Positions 38,326 to 48,410 of a stretch of DNA of 64,000 bases are shown piece after piece. The translations under genes were made by a program, and so were the position numbers. The stretch is from an uncultured cyanobacterium (GTDB lineage: Bacteria > Cyanobacteriota > Cyanobacteriia > Pseudanabaenales > Pseudanabaenaceae): positions 2,336,001-2,400,000 of the forward strand of contig OY969811.1 in assembly GCA_963703315.1 (NCBI GenBank), read 5' to 3'. The first letter of the stretch is position 1. Every line of letters starts with the position of its first letter. Under the pieces are notes generated by a model. That model was not told the origin of the DNA and did not search any database. It was given only the letters and a program-made list of their open reading frames with translations.

Positions 38326-39768
38326 ATGTCATTTGATTTGCAAGTCGCCCTAGCTCACATCGATCTTCCCTCTGCTGAATGGATTGGCTTACGTGAAGTT
38401 AAAGAAATCACTACGAATCGCTATGTGCGCGATCGCAAACCCCAGTCCAACGGGCGCAGCTTATCTCATGGGGTTATGATTGAAGTCTTAGCCGATGGAC
38501 AATTTGGCTATGCCAGTACCAATCATCTTGATTTTGCCAATATTCAACTTACAGCCCAAAAAGCTTGCCAACAAGCAAAAACTGCGGCACAGTGGGCAGT
38601 ACATCACTTCACGATCGCTCAACGCCCAAAAGCGATTGGGCAGTATTTCTCGCCATTTCTAAAACCATCCGATGCGATCGCCCCCAAAGAAATCAATGAA
38701 CTCTTAATCGAAATCTGCGATAAGTTAAAGGTTTCTGACAAGATTGTAAAAACTAGTGCCTACGCTGTGATTACGGAAATTGAAACCAACTTTATTAGTA
38801 GTAATGGCTCTGATATTTATCAGAAGTTTCTCACTATAGCTACGGACTACGCTGCAACTGCCCAAGATGGCGCAATCATCCAAAAACGCGGAGATAATGG
38901 ACAACTAGCCCGTTGTAATCAAATTGGCATAGAAGTATTTGATCGTGACTTAGTTTTACAAAGAGCCAAAATCATCGGTGAACAAGCAGTAGAACTCCTC
39001 TCAGCAGCAGAATGTCCTACGGAAACCACTTCCCTAGTCCTAGCCCCCGATCAAATGTTGCTGCAAATCCACGAAAGCATCGGGCATCCCCTAGAAATCG
39101 ATCGCATTCTCGGTGATGAGCGTAACTACGCAGGAAGTAGCTTTGTCAAACTGGAAGACTTTGGCAAGATGCAATACGGATCATCCTTGATGAATGTCAC
39201 CTTTGATCCCACTAAGGCTGGCGAGTTTGCAAGTTATGCCTTTGATGACACAGGCATTCCTGCTACCCAAGAATACTTAATTAAAGAAGGTAAATTATTG
39301 CGGGGCTTGGGCAGTGCTGAAAGTCAAGTGCGATCGGGTATTGATGGTGTCGCTAATGCCAGAGCCACTTCATGGAACCGTCCTGCCATTGATCGCATGG
39401 CAAATATCAACCTCGAAGCAGGCGATCGCTCCTTTGATGAGATCATCGCTGATATCGAACATGGCGTATATATGGAATCAAATCGCTCATGGTCAATTGA
39501 TGACTATCGTAATAAATTCCAATTCGGCTGTGAATATGCCAAGCTCATTGAAAATGGCAAATTAACCAAAACGCTCCGTAATCCCAATTATCGCGGCATT
39601 ACCAATCAATTTTGGAGCAGTCTTGCCAAGGTTGGCGACAATCAAACTGTCGAAGCCTTTGGTTCCCCCTTTTGTGGCAAAGGTGAGCCTAACCAAGTCA
39701 TTCGTGTTGGTCATGCTTCGCCTGTTTGCTTATTTGAAAATATCGAAGTCTTCGGTGGCGCTAGCTAA
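38326..39768 (+). CDS. tldD: TldD/PmbA family metalloprotease (TldD type)
   Basis: HESIGHPLE, RMAN, CGKGEP motifs. Confidence 0.9.
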   Translation: MSFDLQVALAHIDLPSAEWIGLREVKEITTNRYVRDRKPQSNGRSLSHGVMIEVLADGQFGYASTNHLDFANIQLTAQKACQQAKTAAQWAVHHFTIAQRPKAIGQYFSPFLKPSDAIAPKEINELLIEICDKLKVSDKIVKTSAYAVITEIETNFISSNGSDIYQKFLTIATDYAATAQDGAIIQKRGDNGQLARCNQIGIEVFDRDLVLQRAKIIGEQAVELLSAAECPTETTSLVLAPDQMLLQIHESIGHPLEIDRILGDERNYAGSSFVKLEDFGKMQYGSSLMNVTFDPTKAGEFASYAFDDTGIPATQEYLIKEGKLLRGLGSAESQVRSGIDGVANARATSWNRPAIDRMANINLEAGDRSFDEIIADIEHGVYMESNRSWSIDDYRNKFQFGCEYAKLIENGKLTKTLRNPNYRGITNQFWSSLAKVGDNQTVEAFGSPFCGKGEPNQVIRVGHASPVCLFENIEVFGGAS

Positions 39769-39806
39769 CCAAAAAAAAGGACGCAAAGCGTCCTTTTTTT
39801 TGGTTA
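39766..39806. terminator. Stop-to-stop perfect palindrome
   Basis: taaccaaaaaaaaggacgc-aaa-gcgtccttttttttggtta spans the tldD and pirA stop codons. Confidence 0.8.
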
Positions 39807-39959
39807 GTTTAGTCCTAATTGCTTCATTTCTTGTTCGAGGATATTTAGTAATCCTGCATCGTTATTAGCGCGGGCAACTTCCATGCGGCGCTTAAGTGAA
39901 GCAGAAAGATTAGCTTTATGGTTTGCATTGGCTTCAGCCTTTCTTTGGAACGTATTCAT
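39804..39959 (-). CDS. pirA: PII-interacting regulator of arginine synthesis PirA-like microprotein (51 aa; not in the ORF track)
   Basis: MNTFQRKAEANANHKANLSASLKRRMEVARANNDAGLLNILEQEMKQLGLN fits the H..NL..SL..R.EVAR......L...LE.E pattern; upstream NtcA box. Confidence 0.75.
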   Translation of the reverse strand: MNTFQRKAEANANHKANLSASLKRRMEVARANNDAGLLNILEQEMKQLGLN

Positions 39960-40025
39960 GATCAATACCCTTATAAATTACATATTGTTTATATATGATT
40001 ACCATAACATAAAGCTATATAAACC

Positions 40026-40039
40026 GTAGCTTATGTTAC
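40026..40039. promoter_or_regulatory. NtcA box upstream of pirA
   Basis: GTA-gcttatgt-TAC, 66 nt before the ATG. Confidence 0.7.
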
Positions 40040-40140
40040 TAAAGTTTTGTTAAATCAATGTAAAGAAAAAATACTTATCCAAAAACAAAGTGCAGTCACT
40101 TCGTGGCTGCACTTTGTTTTTATTGTTCAATTGTGGCGCA

Positions 40141-41739
40141 CTAACCCGCAGTGAGTGGTCGATAAGTTCTGTAGTTGATGTCAGGGAAAATATTATCCAT
40201 ATACTCCACCTTCTCCAGCCAACCCGAATCAATCTTGCCAGCTTCAATATCTTCAAACAGCTTTTCCAATCGCATTAAATGCGATCGCGTTCTTCTAATT
40301 GCATAGGGAACCATCGTCCCAGTTCGCATAATAAACGCCCAGTCAGAGGATTGCGCTAAAAGCAACTCTCTCGCCGCCTGATTCAACGCCCGCCATTCCA
40401 GTTCATCCGCAGGTTCACGATAGGACAGATGGATCATCCGTTCTGCTCCCTTATGTAAATGCTGATAAACCCAAGCATTTGTATCATTTAGCCAATATTC
40501 ATGGAACCCTTTATAACCCCAGCTTGATTGAGCAGGACGTGATACCTGTTGAGTCGGATTAGCTCGCAAATAGTCTGCCAAATGCGTCATCTCATAGGTG
40601 GTTTGGTCGTAATAGGACTTACGAATCAAGAAATCAATAAACCAAGGTCCTTCATACCACCAGTGACCAAATAATTCGGCATCGTAGGGAGATACAACAA
40701 GTGGGGGGCGACCCATCATATTGTGTAGATAGCCAACTTGACGTTCACGATTCTGCATGAAGTTAGTTGCATTTTCAGCAGCTTTTTCCTTTGCCCAGTA
40801 AGGATCGTAAAGTTGCTTAGCATCTAAACCAAAATCACGTCCTGTAATGCGATGGTATTTAATACCTGTATTTTTACGTTGACCATTAGGCATGATAAAC
40901 GGCTTAATATATTCATAATCAGCCTCCCATCCTAAATCTTTATAAAATTCTCGGTAAACAGGATCACCGGGATAGCCTACTTTAGATGACCAAACCTGTT
41001 GTGATGATTCATGATCGCGGGCAAAGGCGGCAACACCCGTTTCTGTAAATATAGGGGCATAAGTCCCAAATCTGGGGCGGGGCTGACCATACAAAATTCC
41101 ATGACCATCAGTTAAAAAGTAACGCAAACCGACATCGGCAAGCATTCGCTCTAAACCATCGTAGTAAGCACATTCTGGGAGCCAAATCCCATTAGGGGCG
41201 CGTCCAAATTCTTGGGCATAATGTTCGACTGCGACTTCTAGCTGCGCCCATACTGCTTCTGGGTACATTTTCATCAATGGTAAGTAACCATGAGTCGCCC
41301 CACAGGTGATAATTTCAAGATTATTGGTATCCTGAAATTGCTTAAATGCAGTTACGAGATCGCCACCATATTTTTCCCAGATTTCGCGAGTTTCGGCAAA
41401 TTCTTTGACGTAGTACTCAGCAAGATACTTCACATGACCATTGTGTTCATTGCGAATTATCTCAAGTTCAACCAGTTGCTGTAGCATGGCAAGATGCTTG
41501 TCATAGCGTTCTTGGAGCAAAGGATCTCGCAGCATTGATACCAATGGTGGTGTCATGCTCATGGTGATCTTGAAGTTAATACCATCTCGCCTGAGTCCCT
41601 CATAGACTTTGATCAGGGGAATATAAGTCTCGGTGATCGCTTCGTACAGCCATTCTTCTTCGAGTACATAATCACTTTCGGGGTGACGGACGAAAGGTAG
41701 GTGAGCGTGTAAGACCAGCGCGAGATATCCAATGCTCAT
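40141..41739 (-). CDS. GH57 glycoside hydrolase / 1,4-alpha-glucan branching enzyme (DUF1957)
   Basis: HAHLP, EAITETYIP, WLPECAY, YDAELFGHWW, AQSSDW. Confidence 0.95.
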   Translation of the reverse strand: MSIGYLALVLHAHLPFVRHPESDYVLEEEWLYEAITETYIPLIKVYEGLRRDGINFKITMSMTPPLVSMLRDPLLQERYDKHLAMLQQLVELEIIRNEHNGHVKYLAEYYVKEFAETREIWEKYGGDLVTAFKQFQDTNNLEIITCGATHGYLPLMKMYPEAVWAQLEVAVEHYAQEFGRAPNGIWLPECAYYDGLERMLADVGLRYFLTDGHGILYGQPRPRFGTYAPIFTETGVAAFARDHESSQQVWSSKVGYPGDPVYREFYKDLGWEADYEYIKPFIMPNGQRKNTGIKYHRITGRDFGLDAKQLYDPYWAKEKAAENATNFMQNRERQVGYLHNMMGRPPLVVSPYDAELFGHWWYEGPWFIDFLIRKSYYDQTTYEMTHLADYLRANPTQQVSRPAQSSWGYKGFHEYWLNDTNAWVYQHLHKGAERMIHLSYREPADELEWRALNQAARELLLAQSSDWAFIMRTGTMVPYAIRRTRSHLMRLEKLFEDIEAGKIDSGWLEKVEYMDNIFPDINYRTYRPLTAG

Positions 41740-41811
41740 AGATCTTCTTTTCCTAAAAAGTCTTTTAAATTAGCCAATATTGCTAGAAATTATTGCGGCA
41801 AGTTCCTAATG

Positions 41812-41926
41812 CATTGCGATCAACAAGGAAGGTTAAGTCATAAAAACCAAAAGAGAGTTGCGGCGCAAAGCGCTGCAACTCTCTTTTGGTTTTTGGGTTT
41901 GTTTTAACATAACTAGCGATCGCTAC
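41812..41926. mobile_element. MITE-like element, family A, reverse orientation, HIP1 at its end
   Basis: Aligns to the reverse complement of 5365-5481; its terminus reads agcgatcgctaca where the other copy reads gactatagctata. Confidence 0.65.
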
Positions 41927-41981
41927 ACTTTCATTTCTTAAGGCATTTTTAAAGTAATTTTAAGCTATTGATGTACCCAAC

Positions 41982-41995
41982 GTAACTATGTATAC
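41982..41995. promoter_or_regulatory. Possible NtcA box upstream of the GH57 gene
   Basis: GTA-actatgta-TAC; no canonically spaced -10 seen. Confidence 0.35.
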
Positions 41996-42738
41996 CTACA
42001 GCGATCCTTGTTAATAAACAAACAAAAGCACTGAACCTTGCTTCTTCAGTTATAAAACCTAATTTTGGGACTTTATGGCTTAAACTAACAAGCGATCGCG
42101 TTTTTAGTTCAAAACTAAAAATCTGGCGCTGAAGAAGCGAAGATTTGTCAAGTAGTTCAATTAGATTAAGAATCTATAAGTTGTTTTGTAAATTTTTTAC
42201 TGCAAATTGTTAAAAAAAGCTTACACAGTTAAACATTTTGATTTAAAACGTTAAATGTAGTAAATCGGCGTAAAACAAAGATATAAAAAGCTTATATCTA
42301 CTAAAAACTATAATCCTCCCTCTTGCTATCCGTAGAAATGGAGGATAACTTAGGATCAATGATTCAGCAAAATCATTTTGTAGACTCAAAAAAGCTCTTG
42401 ATTGGGGATCAAGGTTCTCGGCAAAAACTATCTTTTGGCAGATATTTGTCAAAACTAGATTTTTACAGATTTTGGGGGCTTAGTTTACCGAATTGGTTGT
42501 TGACAAAGCATACTTTTGTATGCATTTAATCAAATTTACGCTTCAAATGCATACAAGTGCTTTTTTTACTGTTCACTATGAACTTGTCTGAAGGAAAAAA
42601 TCAAGGTAATTTATAGTGTGTAATTGCTCCTTGCTGAGTCGGTAGTCTGCCAAATTAAATTAGGCTAGATTATTCGATTCTATGTATTCTCACACTTGAT
42701 TTATCAGGAGCAAAGCTAGTTTTAGAGGAGGCAGTTTT

Positions 42739-45294
42739 TTGAAAAAGTTATCTTCCAAAGATGAGGATCTGACAACCAGTATTTCTCTGACACTTGGCGA
42801 AAAGGTGTCATCCTTGAAGGTACGTCGCTCGCTTGCAGTATTAGGATTTGCTCTATCCGCAGGGACTGTGGGGGTATTGGTTAGCCAGCAATCAGCGAAT
42901 AACAATCTTAAAGCTACACCTGTTGCAGCATCATCTCGTACTTTGACAGATGTCATGGCACAGAACCAAGATCTCAAGTACGAAATGGCACGTAGTGCGA
43001 TCGCGTCAGGGGCATGGGATAAAGCTCAAGGTGTGATTGTTCATGAAGTGCGTGAAGATGAAACCTTATGGAAATTAACTCAAATTTATCAAGTTGACGC
43101 AGCCGCGATCGCTGCTTCCAATAATATAAGCGCGAATACTGAATTACAGCCTGGAAGTAAGTTAGTGATTCCACCTGTGAATGGTTTGGTTCATAAGGTT
43201 AAGCCTGGTGATACGCTTGAAGACATTTCTAGCTATTACAATGTTCCTAAAACTGACATCATCAAGTTTACCTCTTTGACCTCTGGGGACTTTTTAGCGA
43301 TCGATCAGCCTTTGGTCATCCCTGGTAATGTCACGACATTGATGCAGGTCAAAGAAGGTCATGTTAAAAGACAGTTATTGGCTGAAAGAGAACGCTTAAT
43401 GCAGCGTTTGCAACAATTAGAGGGCAAAAAGGCGACAGCTACTCTCGTAAGTAACCCTTCTAAGACTAATGTTGCTGAAGAGGCGATCGCTAAACAACCT
43501 AAGCTTTTGTCTTACCGAGTCCAAAATGGTGACACTATTGAGACAATTGCCCGTCGTTATGGCATTACTCAAAAATCAATCATTGAGGCAAACAAGTTAG
43601 AAAATCCTCAATGGTTAGAGCTAAACCAAGAATTGAAGCTTCCTCAAGAACGCAATCTACCATCCACACAAACGATTGCATCTGCAAACGAAAAGCCAAT
43701 CAAGCAGGTACCATCGCCAGTAGCAACCTTGTCAGAGACGACCAGAGTTAATGCAACTAGTACTGCACCTAGAGAAGTTGAGCAAGTGAAGGTCGTGGCA
43801 GCGACACCAATGGTTCTGCCCAAGGAAACAGTAACTAAAATTGCAGCAGCAAATCGGGTTTCACCTTGGGACGGTCTTATGCAGTTAACGGGTACAGACG
43901 CTTCTGCAAATCTACCTAAGTCACCTGCTCAAGAACAGTCTTCGATTATGCCTGTAAAGGCAACATCTACACAAAACTTACCCGTTGCCAGCGAACCACC
44001 AGCACTTAAGGTTGCAGCATCACTTTTTCCCTTTGCACCTGACCAGCTATTGGGCGAGCTAGGTAACACTAGTACTAAGAAATCTGCAACATCGCCAACA
44101 GCTCTCAATTTGCCAGCAAGGTCAATCTCTACACCAGCGATTCCTGCGGCAAGTGCGGCTGAGCAGTACAGTACCAATCGTGCTGTACCTGTTGAAGCTA
44201 ATAGCTCTGCACAGCCTGTAGCTGAGCCAAAATTACAACTGTTCATCCCCAAAGTTGCTGCTGTGTTATCTGTCCCTCAGATACCTGCATTGGTAGTTAC
44301 CGAGCAGAAGGTTACTGCACGTAATACACCTGCGGAAACTGCAAATCAACCAGCAAGTGAGCCAACAGCCAAAACTTCACCAGTGGCAGCGATATCATCT
44401 CCAACTGTTCCTGCCAACCGAGCAACTGAGCAAAACAGTGAAACTAATGCAGTACCTGCAACTGTTGTGCCTCAGCCTGTGTCGGAGCCAAATGTCCAAG
44501 TTCCTGCCAAATTAGCAGCTACTCTTGCACCTAAAGTTCCTTCCGCAGATTCTGTTGAGCAGCAGCCATCAACAAATATTCAGCCTAATCAAGTTGCATT
44601 GCTTCCTGATCCTGAAGCAAGAATGTCTTCTCTAGAAGTTAAGCGTCTTGAGTCTGAAGTAACCCAACTGAATGCTAAGGTTCGTGATGCAGAAATTAAA
44701 GAAGCTGCTCGTAGGGCAGAAGAAGCTCGTAAGCTAGAGGCTGCCAAGATTGCGGCGGCAAACTTGAATGCAGCACCAAATCCCGATCGCAGTTTTGATG
44801 CAGGTCGTAGCGCGATCGCTAATCCTGGTGATCGGTCTGGAGTTACACCACAGTTACCCCAACTAACCGCTAGTGCCTACTTACCAGATGTCCAAGATTA
44901 TGGATTATCTACTGGTTTCATTTGGCCTGCTGATGGCGTATTTACCTCTGGCTATGGCTGGCGTTGGGGCAGAATTCACGCAGGTATTGATATCGCTGCT
45001 CCTATCGGTACGCCCATTTTGGCAGCCGCTTCAGGAGTAGTTGAGTATGCCACTTGGAATGATGGTGGTTATGGCAACATGATCGATATCCGTCATGCTG
45101 ATGGCACAATTACCAGATATGCCCACATGAATGAACTCTATGTCAAAGAAGGTCAGACCGTTAGCCAAGGTCAAACCATTGGCGCGATGGGTAGTACTGG
45201 ATTTAGTACAGGTCCTCACCTTCACTTTGAGATTCGTCCTAATGGTGGCAGTGCGATCGATCCAATGGCATTTCTAGCCAGCGCTAAAAGATAA
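42739..45294 (+). CDS. LysM + M23 peptidase (NlpD-like) cell-wall protein
   Basis: Three LysM repeats, Pro/Ala/Thr-rich linker, HAGID and HLHFE motifs; TTG start after GAGGAGG. Confidence 0.92.
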   Translation: MKKLSSKDEDLTTSISLTLGEKVSSLKVRRSLAVLGFALSAGTVGVLVSQQSANNNLKATPVAASSRTLTDVMAQNQDLKYEMARSAIASGAWDKAQGVIVHEVREDETLWKLTQIYQVDAAAIAASNNISANTELQPGSKLVIPPVNGLVHKVKPGDTLEDISSYYNVPKTDIIKFTSLTSGDFLAIDQPLVIPGNVTTLMQVKEGHVKRQLLAERERLMQRLQQLEGKKATATLVSNPSKTNVAEEAIAKQPKLLSYRVQNGDTIETIARRYGITQKSIIEANKLENPQWLELNQELKLPQERNLPSTQTIASANEKPIKQVPSPVATLSETTRVNATSTAPREVEQVKVVAATPMVLPKETVTKIAAANRVSPWDGLMQLTGTDASANLPKSPAQEQSSIMPVKATSTQNLPVASEPPALKVAASLFPFAPDQLLGELGNTSTKKSATSPTALNLPARSISTPAIPAASAAEQYSTNRAVPVEANSSAQPVAEPKLQLFIPKVAAVLSVPQIPALVVTEQKVTARNTPAETANQPASEPTAKTSPVAAISSPTVPANRATEQNSETNAVPATVVPQPVSEPNVQVPAKLAATLAPKVPSADSVEQQPSTNIQPNQVALLPDPEARMSSLEVKRLESEVTQLNAKVRDAEIKEAARRAEEARKLEAAKIAAANLNAAPNPDRSFDAGRSAIANPGDRSGVTPQLPQLTASAYLPDVQDYGLSTGFIWPADGVFTSGYGWRWGRIHAGIDIAAPIGTPILAAASGVVEYATWNDGGYGNMIDIRHADGTITRYAHMNELYVKEGQTVSQGQTIGAMGSTGFSTGPHLHFEIRPNGGSAIDPMAFLASAKR

Positions 45295-45323
45295 ATAAGT
45301 ATTGTGCGGCAAAGCCGTACAAC

Positions 45324-45376
45324 AAACCCAAGAGGTTGATAGAGGCGCAAAGCGCCTCTATCAACCTCTTGGGTTT
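45324..45376. repeat. Perfect 25-bp triloop palindrome
   Basis: aaacccaagaggttgatagaggcgc-aaa-gcgcctctatcaacctcttgggttt. Confidence 0.9.
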
Positions 45377-45493
45377 TACTATATAAAAGAATGATGGGGT
45401 AGGCTTTGTGTGACCCATCATTCTTTTATAGTTTGTAGTTTTCTGCTAGAGTTAAAACAGCAAAAATTCTTCATAAATAAACAGGAAACGTTG

Positions 45494-46498
45494 ATGGCAA
45501 CGGATTTAGAGAGCTTAAAGGCTCAACTGCAATCTCTATCAGAACTCGCAACAAAATCAGTTGGAGATGTGCAAACTCTCGAAGAATTAGAGCAGATAAG
45601 AGTAGAGTATTTAGGTAAAAAAGGGTCTCTTTCGCAAATTTTAGGCGCAATGGGGAAACTCTCCGTCGAAGAACGTCCGCAGGTTGGCGCGATCGCCAAT
45701 CAGGTCAAACAAGTACTTCAGACACAACTAGAAGATCGTAAACTTGCCATTCAGCAGTCAGTACTTACCAAGCAATTAGAATCAGAAACTCTAGATGTGA
45801 CGATGCCGGGGATTTGGCGATCGCCTCAAGGTCGAATGCACCCCATCCAAAGCACTATTGATCGGATGCTGGATATCTTAGTGGGTATGGGTTTCACCGT
45901 TGCTCAAGGGCCTGAGATTGAAACTGATTATTACAACTTTGAGGCATTAAACACTCCCGCCGATCACCCTGCCCGTGATATGGCAGATACCCTTTATTTA
46001 AGTGATGGCAAACTATTGCGATCGCAGACTTCCTCAGTGCAGATTCGCTATATGGAAGAAAACGAACCACCATTACGCATTGCTTGCCCCGGTCGTGTAT
46101 ATCGCAAAGACGACATTGATGCCACACATTCACCAATTTTCCATCAAATCGAACTTCTTGCCGTCGAAGAAGGTTTAACCTTCGGCGATCTCAAAGGCAC
46201 TGTCAAAACCTTTGTCGAAGAATTACTAGGTGAATGTCCAATTCGCTTTCGTCCTAGTTACTTCCCCTTCACTGAGCCATCTGCTGAAGTCGATGTGATG
46301 TGGAATGGACGATGGCTAGAACTTGGTGGTTGCGGTATGGTTGATCCCAATGTATTTAAAGCTGTTGGTTACGATCCTGAAATAGTTACAGGCTTTGCTT
46401 GGGGATTTGGTGTAGACCGTGTGGCGATGGTTTTACATAAAATAGATGACATTCGCCGTCTATTTACGAGTGACTTGCGTTTCTTACGTCAGTTTTAA
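45494..46498 (+). CDS. pheS: Phenylalanyl-tRNA synthetase alpha subunit
   Basis: [32 protein letters not shown] 45494 follows an AGGA RBS. Confidence 0.97.
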   Translation: MATDLESLKAQLQSLSELATKSVGDVQTLEELEQIRVEYLGKKGSLSQILGAMGKLSVEERPQVGAIANQVKQVLQTQLEDRKLAIQQSVLTKQLESETLDVTMPGIWRSPQGRMHPIQSTIDRMLDILVGMGFTVAQGPEIETDYYNFEALNTPADHPARDMADTLYLSDGKLLRSQTSSVQIRYMEENEPPLRIACPGRVYRKDDIDATHSPIFHQIELLAVEEGLTFGDLKGTVKTFVEELLGECPIRFRPSYFPFTEPSAEVDVMWNGRWLELGGCGMVDPNVFKAVGYDPEIVTGFAWGFGVDRVAMVLHKIDDIRRLFTSDLRFLRQF

Positions 46499-46525
46499 GA
46501 ATTTATTTTTCTTGAGCAATATCAT

Positions 46526-48361
46526 ATGCAGAAAGTCTTCGCGTCCTTCCGAAGCCTAATTAAGGTTACTTCTTTTTGGCAAGAAAATCATGTTTTTCTG
46601 CAAGAGTTTAAGTATTTTTGGGGTATAGCCGTTCTTGCGGTTATATTCTCCTTTTTAGGGGCAATTTTTGAAGGCGCTGCACTAGCTGTAATCAATTCGT
46701 TCCTACAAGTTTTAACTAGTCCCGAAAAAACATCTATCAATTTAGGTATTGATTGGTTAAATTTATGGATATTTGGCTCACAATCTAGCATAAGTGATCG
46801 TCTTTCTCGGCTTGGATTTTTAGTCGTTCTTTTAGCTTGGCTAAGATCGACTTTTGCCTATTTAGGTCCAGTTTACGCCAAACTAACTGATGCATCTTTT
46901 GCTGACCGAATGCGGAAGTCCATGTTTGAGCAGTTAATTAGTCTGAGTCTGAGTTACTATTCCCAGACGCGATCAGGAGATTTAGTAAACTCTCTAAATA
47001 ACGAGATTGCAACTATTCAAAGAGGCTTTGGTGCTGCTTCAGCCTTTGCCATTAGAGGATCGACTCTAATTGTTTATATCATTGCCATGTTTTTGATATC
47101 TTGGCAGCTATCAATTGCCTCTCTAGGACTTTTTGCAATGCTGTCCGTGATGATATCCAGCTTTGTGGTAAGGGTAAGAGAAGCAAGTTTCCCAGTTTCA
47201 CAGGCTGGTGCTGATTTTACATCTACTGGTATTGAATTAATCAGCGCAATGCGAACAATTCAGACATCTTCCACCCAAGATTTTGAAAGAAATCGCTTCT
47301 ACAAAACTTCTGAAAAAGTTAAAAAAGCATTATTTCAACTGAATAAAGCCGTCGATCTTATACGTCCACTAGCAGAAGCCATTTCCACAACGATTTTAAT
47401 CTGTGTGATTGTTACTGCATTTAACATCTTTGTCGTAAGTGGTCAGTTGCAAACTGCTTCGCTGCTTACATTTATGTTCATCCTATTTAGGATGATGCCT
47501 TTAGTTGAGCAGGTAAATGGATTGAGAGTTGAAATAGGAAGCTATGGAGGATCGATCGCCAAGATTAAAGAGGTTTTAAATACGGAAGACAAAGTTTATC
47601 TCAAAGATGGCGATTTAGAGTTTACCAACCTCAAGAATTCGATTGATTTCTTTGCTGTTGACTTTAGTTACGATGCTCTCGACAAGCCTGTATTGCATAA
47701 CATCAATTTGTCAATTAAGCGTGGTCAAACTACTGCTCTAGTAGGTACTTCTGGAGCTGGTAAAACGACTTTAGCTGATTTAGTGCCAAGATTATACGAT
47801 CCGACACATGGAGTCATTTTTATTGATGGAATTGATTTAAAGAAGATTAGAATTAGTTCCTTGAGGAGCAAGATGGCGATTGTTAGCCAAAGCACATTTA
47901 TTTTTAATGCCTCCGTAAGCTATAACATTGCCTATGGAATAGAAAATATTTCTGAAGAGATGTTGTTCGAAGCGGCTCGGCAAGCCAATGCTCTCGAATT
48001 TATTTTAGATATGCCAAAAGGGTTTGATACTGTACTTGGCGATCGCGGCGTGCGCTTATCTGGTGGGCAATGTCAAAGAATTGCGATCGCACGTGCGTTA
48101 CTCCGCAAACCAGATATTTTGATTTTAGATGAAGCAACAAGTGCGCTTGATTCTGTTACAGAGCGCCTGATTCAAGAGTCGCTCGATCAGCTATCCAAAG
48201 GATGTACTGTGATTGCGATCGCCCATCGTCTTTCGACGATAGTTCGTGCCGATAAAGTGGTGGTACTTGAAAAGGGTAGAATCGTTGAAGAAGGCACATA
48301 TCAAGAACTAATTGCTAGAAAGGGTGCTTTATGGAATTACCATCAAATGCAAAATCAGTAG
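46526..48361 (+). CDS. ABC exporter, fused TMD-NBD (HepA/MsbA-like)
   Basis: GTSGAGKT, LSGGQ, LDEATSALD, IAHRLST; N-terminal TM domain. Confidence 0.92.
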   Translation: MQKVFASFRSLIKVTSFWQENHVFLQEFKYFWGIAVLAVIFSFLGAIFEGAALAVINSFLQVLTSPEKTSINLGIDWLNLWIFGSQSSISDRLSRLGFLVVLLAWLRSTFAYLGPVYAKLTDASFADRMRKSMFEQLISLSLSYYSQTRSGDLVNSLNNEIATIQRGFGAASAFAIRGSTLIVYIIAMFLISWQLSIASLGLFAMLSVMISSFVVRVREASFPVSQAGADFTSTGIELISAMRTIQTSSTQDFERNRFYKTSEKVKKALFQLNKAVDLIRPLAEAISTTILICVIVTAFNIFVVSGQLQTASLLTFMFILFRMMPLVEQVNGLRVEIGSYGGSIAKIKEVLNTEDKVYLKDGDLEFTNLKNSIDFFAVDFSYDALDKPVLHNINLSIKRGQTTALVGTSGAGKTTLADLVPRLYDPTHGVIFIDGIDLKKIRISSLRSKMAIVSQSTFIFNASVSYNIAYGIENISEEMLFEAARQANALEFILDMPKGFDTVLGDRGVRLSGGQCQRIAIARALLRKPDILILDEATSALDSVTERLIQESLDQLSKGCTVIAIAHRLSTIVRADKVVVLEKGRIVEEGTYQELIARKGALWNYHQMQNQ

Positions 48362-48410
48362 GCTTAACTTCTTTTTGATATTCTATTTTCAAAAAGAATA
48401 TGTTAATTAT

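Noticed and set aside
38175..38330. tRNA-Gly as a prophage or island attachment site
   Set aside because: No integrase and no duplicated tRNA 3' end were seen; the flanking genes are HIP1-rich residents.
38326..39768. TldD as part of a RiPP cluster
   Set aside because: No tldE, precursor or modification genes are nearby; the adjacent small ORF is better explained as PirA.
42323..42529. 68-aa intergenic ORF
   Set aside because: It has a TTG start, no recognisable motif, and overlaps regulatory-looking hairpins, so support is insufficient.
42300..42738. c-di-AMP (ydaO) or c-di-GMP riboswitch before the cell-wall peptidase
   Set aside because: The consensus motifs were not found by eye.
45410..45493. 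N-terminal extension of PheS (and of Tic22 at 59581-59634)
   Set aside because: Downstream ATGs with good RBSs give family-typical N-termini.
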